Below are positions 55,400-64,000 of a DNA stretch of 64,000 bases, in pieces. The DNA lies in NCBI RefSeq assembly GCF_009914755.1, contig NC_060925.1. One strand, written 5' to 3'. Numbering within the stretch: position 1 is the first letter of the stretch; each line of letters opens with the position of its first letter. The notes below the pieces were generated by a model. That model saw only the letters and a list, made by a program, of their open reading frames with translations, had not been told where the DNA came from and ran no database searches. The DNA is from the human T2T-CHM13v2.0 reference genome, Homo sapiens. The translations under genes and the position numbers were made by a program.

Positions 55400-56319
55400 A
55401 TCTCTTTCCATTAATATTTTCTGTGACATTCCTATGTCATTCTGTAATGATTTCTTATAAATTATTCAGCTGTGTCTTCCATTTTACTTGTTCTCTTTTT
55501 AGCTGTCTGCAACCTGCTGATTTATCTATTCACTAAATGTATAATATCAAAAATTCTATAAACTTATCACTGATAGAAGCTCCATTGGGAGCTCCAATTT
55601 ACTTATTCATTATTATTTCAGACATGTTTTTTGGTTTACTTTTTAAAATTTAAATGTTTTAATACTAGCTACTCTGTATGTTCTACTTGAAAATTGTAAT
55701 AAAAAATTAAATATTTTAAGACTCACTACTTTATGGTCTATATCTCCAGTCTGCAGTCTTTAATATTGAATTTTATATAATATTCCAATTGATTCTCTCA
55801 TGGTGGTTTATTACAACATCTGCTTGGCAATCTTTGATTGAAATCTCAGGTATTAATCTTAAGCTGGGGAATCCTTTAGCTTCTTAACTAGTGGTACCTT
55901 CCCTGAGAGGAGACATGATATTAATTCTTCCTAGAGCCAAACTGTGCTGTCAATCAGTTCAATCCAACCTCAAGGTCCCATCTTCATGCTGGAGTATCAG
56001 TCCCTCTTCTTCCACCTCATTACTGGCTTCAGGCTCAACATTGTTTGCTGATAAATAGGATGCACTCTAAGGGCAACTGTTTCTCTTCTTTCTGCTGACT
56101 GGTTTACTGTTCTGAGGTATGACCCAAACTTAAGATTTTTTTAACTTGCTTGTTTTGAAACGAGGGATTGGTTCTTAGAACCCTTTCCTGCTTTTCCCTT
56201 GGTGATTTTCTACCACTGAATTGCTTTAAATATTAAGAGTATACTAAAATTTTCCAAATTATATTTTCTGTTTGGAATCCAAAATTCCCTGAATTTCAGC
56301 CTGGATCTGTGATGGCTAT

Positions 56320-59300
56320 TTAATATCTCCATCTAGTTGTAAAATAGGCATCTCAAAGTTAACTTCTCAATAAATATATCCTTACCAAGCCCAGGTATTC
56401 ACAATCTACTCATCCAACACTTTTTTTCTACCTGATTAAAGGTGTACAGTTGAACAATAGCAATCCAGGGGTTTAGGGTTACCAACTCTTAAGTATTCAA
56501 AAATCTGCATATAACTTTTGACTCCCCCACAAACTTGACTACTAATAGCCTATTACTGACCAGAAGCTTTACTGATAACATAAACTTTCGATTAACACGT
56601 TTTGTATATGTATTATATAGTGTATGCTCACAATAAAGTAAGCTAGAGAAAAGAAGCTGTTACTAAGAAAATCCAGGTCTTGTTCAACCAAATGGCAGGC
56701 AGCTGCTGTTTGTAAGAAAGAAAATACATTATCTATTCACTAAGTGGAAGTGAATGATTATAAAGGTCTTCAACCTCTTTGTCTTCATGCTGAGTAGGCT
56801 GAGGAGGAGAACAAAGAGGAGGGGTTGTTCTTGCTGTCTCAGGGGTGACAGAGGTAGAAGAAGTGGAAGAGACAGAAGAGGAGGCAGGAGAAACAAGCAC
56901 ACTTGGAGTAACCTAAGAAAAACACATGGTAGTTTCTGTCTGACTTTCTTTCACTTTCATTTCCCTAAAAATGTTGTTATATGGTACCAACTCTTATTTC
57001 ACCATTTGCTTTTGTTTCTGTGACCATGTCATAGAAAGGTCTATGTCATAAAAGGAGTCAAAATTCGTCTTGAAAAATCAGATTCTTTCCACCAGATTGT
57101 CTAATGTCAATTTATTTCTGGCACTGATTCTATGCCTTTTCCTCATTGCCTGACACTAGTTTGAAAGCACTCATCTCCATCAAGTCATCTGTTAATTCTT
57201 CTGGTGTGGTGTCTTAATTAGCTCTTGAGTTTCTCCAAGATCCATATCTTGAAACTCTCTGTCTCTCATCTTTTTGCCATATCCATCATTGCTTTCGTTA
57301 TTTCTTTGATTGGCTCAGTCATAAATCCTGTGAAGTCATGAACAAAATCTGTACACAGATTTCTGCAGCAGGAATTTACTGTTTGGGGTTAATGGCTTTC
57401 ACGACTTTTTCTATCACAGCAATATCTTCAATGATGTAATTCTTTCATATTTTTATAATGTTTTCTCTGTTGGCGTTCTCCTTCAGAGTGTTGACAATCC
57501 TTTTCAAAGAGTACTGTGTGTAATGACATTTAAAGGTCCTTATGATCCACTGATCTAGAGGCTGAATTAGAAATGTGTTTGGGGGCAGTTGGCCACTTTG
57601 ATCCACTTGTTGTTAAATTCATCGGGTTCTGGGTGGCCAGAGGCATTGTCCAGTCAAAAGAAAATAAAAAGGCAACCCCCCACTGGCAAGGTACATCCTG
57701 ACTTTGGGGACAAAGCATCAATGGGAACAATTCAGAAAAAGTGTTCTTGTTGTCCAGGTATTGTGGTACAACCAAATGATTGTCAGCTGATGTTTATCTT
57801 TTTTTTTTTCCTTTAAGGCTCAGGGGTTAGTAGCTTTATAGACAAGGGCAGTCCTGATCATAAACTTTACTGCATTTGCACAAAACAGTAGAGATAGCCC
57901 ATTCCTTCCTTCCTTAAGTCTCAGTACTTTCTTCTCTTCCTTACTAATGTTCTTTGTGGTTTTTTTGTTTGTTTGTTTGTTTATCTAGAATAAGGCACTT
58001 TGGTCTGCATTAATAATCTGTTTATGTAGATACCTCTTCTCCTAACAATTTTCTTAATGACTTCTGGGAACTCTGCTGCCTCTTGGTTGATGGAAGCTGG
58101 CTTTTCAGTTGCCTTGACATTTTTTAAGCCAAACCTCTTTCTAAAATTATCAAACCACCCTTTGCTGGCATTAAATTCTCCAGCTTTAGATCTGTTGCCT
58201 TTCTTTCACTTTAAGTTGTCGTATAATTACCTCACTTTTTCTAGAATTAGGTTGGTATCAATAGGTATGCCTGTCACACAGCAATCCTATACCCACATAA
58301 AACCTGCATTTTTAATGAAAGATAAGGTACTTTGCATAAAGTGCAAGGTTTTTGTGTCTTCTGGTGTAGCTGCAGCAACAGCTTTACAAATTTCTTTTTC
58401 TTTTACAACGGTCCTTATGCTGGATTAATTTATCTTTTAAGGTCAGACAACCACAGCTGTAGACCTAAATTTACAGTACATATCAAGTAATTTAACTTTT
58501 TCTTACAATGTCATGACTTTTCTCTGCTTTTTGGGAGCACTTCCAGTATCACTAGTGGCACTTCCCATGGGTTCCATGGTGTAATTCAAGGTTTACAGTA
58601 TTGCATGAAACATGATAAAATATGTGAAAACTATGAGAGATCACTTTTTGCTGCAATACTCAGTTTACTAAAGAGAGAAACTGCTCACATGGAGATAATT
58701 AGCATCATGTGGCTTTTTAAGTAGATAGGCAAAACACTTGAACTCACCACAATAGCAGCAGGAGGTGGCTAGGAAATTATTACAGTAGTATAGCATGTAA
58801 CACATTTAGTTTTATCTAGTTATGGTTTAATACTGCATCTTTATGCTTCTTCATATTCTTCTTAACTTCAAATGGTGCCTTGTACAGAAAGTGTTTGTGT
58901 GTTTACGTTTTGATAAATTTTAACTTTTTGTAATATATTTCTACAACTTGAATATATAAAATGATAAAATAATAGTATTTACATATATTTTTACATTCAT
59001 GACATACCTAACATTTTCTTAATTTTCTTGATAACTATGGCTACATAGTTAATCTGTGAGATTTTTCAAGTTGTTGCAAATCTCCCAAATTGTTTCCAAT
59101 ATATTTATTGAAAAAATCTCTGTATAAATCGATCTGCACAATACAAATATCATTATTCAAGGGTCAACTATAAACATATCTGTATTATCTATTCTTAAGA
59201 AAGCAGTCACAGGAATCTTTGAAGTAAATGTCAGGTCACATTACTCCTTTACACAATACGCAAATTTGGTTGCTCATAAAGACCTACATGATGTGTCACA

Positions 59301-59790
59301 TAACCCCTTATGATTTGATCCATTACTACTTTAGCCACACTGAACTTCTTAATGCATTGCAACCAAACATGCTTTAACCTCAGGCATTTTCACTAACCAC
59401 TCTAAAATCTGGTAGAGCCATCCTTTCAGATCATTACAAAAGTTGTTCCCCACTTTTCTTCAGGCTTAAGCTAAAAAATCATTAGATAATGAAGCCTTGC
59501 CTTACCCCTGTATTAAAAGAGAATGCTTCATGCATGTGCATGCACAGGAACTTGCACACACAGAAACACAAAATGCCGTAATTGAATCTCTGAGTTTGCT
59601 ATTCCTTTTTCTATAGTGCTGAACACCACTTAACACGCTATATATTTAATTTTTAACTTTTTAGTTTGTGTTTTTAGTTCACTAAGATTTAAGGTACACA
59701 AGGTTACGAACTTTCTTCTCTATTTTTTTTTCTTCAAGTTTTCTTTCTTGAAATATAAGTGCTCAACAAATGCATTAATAAATTACATGC
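56320..59790 (+). mobile_element. L2 fragment interrupted by Tigger2 (56320-56444 and ~59200-59790)
   Basis: atctccatctag...aataggcatctcaaagttaac on the left; agccacactg...acctcaggcatttt...aagtgctcaacaaatg (L2 3' end) on the right. Confidence 0.6.
56447..59170 (-). mobile_element. Near full-length Tigger2 (TcMar-Tigger) DNA transposon with a dead transposase
   Basis: TA TSDs at 56445-56446 and 59171-59172. TIRs cagttga... and ...ttcaagggtcaacta. About 2.7 kb. Minus-strand ORF from ATG 58577: MEPMGSATSDTGSAPKKQRKVMTL*EKVKLLDMY, later AGEFNASKGWFDNFRKRFG. Confidence 0.92.
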
Positions 59791-60600
59791 AATAAGCAGA
59801 ACCAAACTATATGTCATTATTGGAAAAAATTCATGTATTTAAATTAAGAGAAATATCAGAAAGAAAAATTCCAAGTTTAGAATAGTGGTTACCCCTGGAG
59901 AGACAACTGTGTTGGGGTAGATGATAAATTCTGCTACCTTTAAATTTGTTTTAATAAAAAATGAATTACTCTATGAAAATTAAAATTAAAATGTGTAAAT
60001 TGTATATTCCCACTGAAATTTGTTTTTAGAAAAGACAAAAGATGGAATAAAAATTAAATATAATCATATTATATATAGACAACTATCATCAATTTATTTT
60101 CAGTCCATTCTTCTTGTATTAGTTTTTCTCTTTTCCTATGTGTATTCATATATTTCCATAGCTGCTATCATAAGTAGCCTTTTAATGACTTCATATTATT
60201 ACATAATGTATATGTACTATTATAAGTTTAATTTAAATAACTTGTTTTACATAAATATTTACTTGGGTGACTGCTATTTTTTTTAGTGTATATGTCTCAA
60301 AGAGACATTTTTAATACCAAGGAAATACCTATTGTTAACAATTGTAATCTAAGAATTTGTTTTCCCACCAGTAGTCTTGCTTCAGCAGACCCTTCTCTAT
60401 ATATAATCATTTCACAATTTTCAATATTACTTCCAAATATACACATTTTGTTATAGTTCAATATGTAAGTAATTTAATATTGGTTTAAATGCCATTATTT
60501 GTGCTATTTACTGTTTACATTTATTCTTTGGTGATACAATGTGATTTCCTGTTTTCTTATTGTTTGGAAATGAGCTTTTCGTATAGATTAACACTGTTTT

Positions 60601-62510
60601 CCTCTCTTTATAAAAAAGTATAACATGTATCATAATGTCTAGCTTTACTTTTAAATTAGAGCTTTTGGACAATTTTGTAACTTTAAATTCATTATCAGAG
60701 GTGGAGAAAACATTAATAAGCTATTAAATATTGATAGTGATTAAAATTACTGGACCATTATTTATAAAAGCCATGTTTAATAACAATAACTTCTATTTAT
60801 ACTATTTAACTGAAGAAGATGCCCTTTAGCTTTTACTTCTAATTCCAGCTTATTGTGGTTTGGAAATCATTTACCTTTTGCAACAAATTAGTATTCCCAA
60901 CATGTTTTTCCCAAATTTTAAGACTTTCTTTACCACTTATGAAGTGTGACTTAACTTACTCTTTTAAAATTTCCTTAAGAGAAATTTAAAATTTTAATTT
61001 TCACCTTGAACCTGTTTGATCAAAAAGTGTAGGATATCATTACCACATGAATTAAAAAAGAATAGAATAAAAAACAAAAGTGGTATGATATCATTAGCAA
61101 AGTGTCTGATGAGACATTTTAACTACTTCACATTTCTACTCAGTCCAAGCAAGAATAAACCGGTTCCAAGGAGCTACCACATTTGTCGTTTTTACTGCAA
61201 GCTTTGAATTAGTGTTTCTTTTCCTAGCAAGTCAACTCTAAGAAAATGACATTTCATAAGTACAACAATTGTAGGTGATATTCTACATAATCAAGGTAAT
61301 GAGAACTTTTTACAAAATTAAGTTAAAATGCAGAATATCTTTGCAATTACCATTTATCTAAAAGGCTAAAATAGGAAAAATTCAGAAAATTAATGTGCTC
61401 ATTGATTGATATTATTTTCTTTGAGAAAACCAGAAATGATTCTATTCCAAGAAATAAGAAATAATAATAATAATAAAAGATGTAATTTATATATTGTGTT
61501 TCTTTTAAGCCAAATCACACTTTTACTTCAGAGAGCACAATTCTTACTTTGACATTCATAAACTTCTTTGTCCAGAACAGGACTTCATTTTAAACCATTA
61601 TTTCAATGGAGTTCAAAATATATAGTCAGTTTTCTCCACAGGATGTTTTCATTTAAGTACTTAAGCTGCAAAATGGCAAATGACTAAGTCAGTTACAAAG
61701 AATGTGTAGCTTATTAAATGCAATCTTAAAATAACTGTGAACAGACACCAACAAACGTCTATATCCAAGCCTAAATGTTATTATATTATTGAGGTCAGCA
61801 CTAATGTGATTCTCCCATATGGTCAAATTTTATTTACTAAATAATAACTGTTATGAAATCCAACAAAGAAACCATAGAGGATCCTTCAAAAGATGATAAT
61901 TTTCCAAATAATTTTCCTCTTATTCTTTCCCCTATCCTTTTTAAGTGGTTTGACTTTGGCGATATTTTCTTGACTCCTGTTTCTTCTTTTGCTGTTTTCC
62001 CGGCTCCACAATCATCTTCTTCAGTTTCCAGGACATAAAGCACTTGCTAGGACCAGTGAAATGAGGGCCAAAATAGCCGTTGTGAGGAAGCTACTTGAAA
62101 TCTTTGCAGCCCATTCCACAATATATTCATCCCAAGCCATTATATCAAACATCTTTGAATGGGTTTTAGGACAATATGCTTGAGTAGTGATCCCTAACTT
62201 TATTCTAGGATGGTTCGTGAGCTAATCACAATTTCATGATGCTTGGTTGTTTGTTTTCTTTAGTTCTACTGTATCTCTAAAGTAAAGGTTTAAATCCTAC
62301 TGGAGCCACAGACCCCAAGGACTACATTTACCTCTTACCCTCAGCTTTGGCAAGTGTAAGTCCCTGGTCTCACAGCTGGGCAGCAATCACAGAGCATAGA
62401 GTCCCCAAAGCAAGGCAGTAACTGTCTCAGCTGGGCACCCAGGCAAAATCATGGCAGCAACTGCAACCTGCGTTTCCTATCTCTGGCCCAGGCCAGGGAC
62501 TCAGAATCCC
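60601..62510 (-). pseudogene. SMIM15P: SMIM15 (C5orf43) processed pseudogene; CDS remnant ~61931-62152
   Basis: Translation from ATG 62152: [38 protein letters not shown] / [20 protein letters not shown] / QENIAKVKPLKKD. Recalled SMIM15: [74 protein letters not shown]. Two frameshifts. Outer limits are inferred from a candidate TSD attaacactgtttt (60587) / attaacagatttt (62512) and are less certain. Confidence 0.88.
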
Positions 62511-64000
62511 AATTAACAGATTTTATTAAAAGTATGTTATGATGTTTCTACATTTGGTAAGATAATATCAATCCACACCTTGTTTATATTTTGTTAATTT
62601 ATTTTTATTATAAAAACAATATAATAGAATGTTTAGGTTGTACAGAGCTAGATATGTTCATTTCTCAATTGATTCCACATTGGTATCATTTCTAATAAAA
62701 ATACTTTAAAAACTATTGTTTACTTATTTTTATTCTGTTACTTGTATTTATGATTAGATGATTGCTTTTACATTTTATTCCATATAATTTCCTCAAATGT
62801 TAGCCAATTGCCCCAACATTGTTTTAAGAAAAAAGTAACTCTTTCGCATTGATTTTAAATACTTCATGTATTGCATATTGAATAAAATACATGTCTGCTT
62901 ATGAGCCTTCTTACCATTACTTTTTTCAGAACACTAAGTTCCAAATCAAAAATCCAATAAAATTCCAGTACTTTCAGAAATTCAGTACTTAAAATGCCTC
63001 TTAGACAATAGTCAGCATGCATTAAATGGTTTTCACAAAATCTCTTCACAAACTGTATCCTCCTTTAGACTTTATCCTCACTTAGTCTACTTTTAAAAAA
63101 ACAAATTAATGTCATTTAATTTTCCTAGGTAATTTTGTATCTCATTTACATATTGATTATAAATCATACCCAACTTTTACAACTGAGCAACACCTTCAAT
63201 ATTACTGAAACATAAAAATTCATTAAAGTTCCCACACTTTTACTTTCTTTTGAGAACTACAATGTCCACAAGGTAAAATAATACTGTTTTTCATGTTCTA
63301 CTGAAGAAAAAACAGTATCAATTGCTTTTTATACTTTTTCACTTTTAGTAAACACCAGGTGTGACTTACTGTACAAGAGTACCTAAAGCCAGTCGGAGAA
63401 CATTTTATGTTGTGATTAAAGGTTCTTTAAATGCATTTCCTGTAATACCAATTCCTCAAAGCTACACCTATAACTTCAACCAGATGCTAATTCTTTGAAC
63501 TGTAATTAACAGTGTGACACTTATGAAGTAATTTTTAGAATGATTACAGTCACTGTACTTTTATTCTCCAGAAGTGCTAAGTACTGTAATCATCACCTGT
63601 TCACGGCAAGTCTTATTGCACCACAGGCTATTAACAACGAATGGCCCTGTTTAACCAAAGCTTCATTCCTAATGAATTATCAGTAACTGGGTTTTTATGT
63701 CCAAAAAATGAACTGTCAAATCCTGCTTCTCTTTTATGATGTGAACTCATTCTCATATATAAAATGTGTTTTTAAAAAACCTAATTATTTTGGTGAGTGT
63801 GACTCTTCAAAAGTATTTTACATTTGTACAAATAATCTTTTAAAAATTACACAAGTAATCTTGGAAATGTGTGTAATTCTCCCTAAAAAAATAAACGGAT
63901 ACACTGTAAACCTTTTCATTCTGTATTTTAACATAAGGTAAAATTAACTTAGGAGAGAGGGTGTATGAAGTTTGACCCATGTGTGCATTTATATAAACAT

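Noticed and set aside
58057-58428. 123-aa ORF
   Set aside because: It is antisense to the dead Tigger2 transposase.
61837-62183. Three ORF-track ORFs over the SMIM15 copy
   Set aside because: They are wrong-frame or antisense readings; the homologous frame starts at 62152 on the minus strand.

Overview
AT-rich human genomic DNA, identified as human by a pristine AluYb9, a human-specific subfamily. I see no intact protein-coding gene, RNA gene or CRISPR array. Nearly all ORFs in the track are spurious frames inside repeats. There are two processed pseudogenes on the minus strand: HNRNPA1 (~27.7-29.4 kb) and SMIM15 (~60.6-62.5 kb; the ORF track missed its reading frame). Large mobile elements are a full-length L1PA16-like LINE, an ORF2-less L1MC1-like LINE with a target-site duplication (TSD), a 5'-inverted L1 fragment, a 3'-truncated MER4 provirus carrying a solo LTR12C, a long L1MA, a near full-length Tigger2 DNA transposon and about 12 Alus. 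I found no convincing new biological system. The best oddities are: an LTR12C that has lost its poly(A) signal; an Alu with a triplicated 135-bp internal unit fused to an L1 ORF2 fragment; a SMIM15 retrocopy keeping a 43-aa transmembrane micro-ORF; an ancient MIR fragment inside a younger ERV; and the ORF1-only L1. Repeat family calls come from recalled consensus sequences, not from a search. Boundaries of old repeats are approximate.
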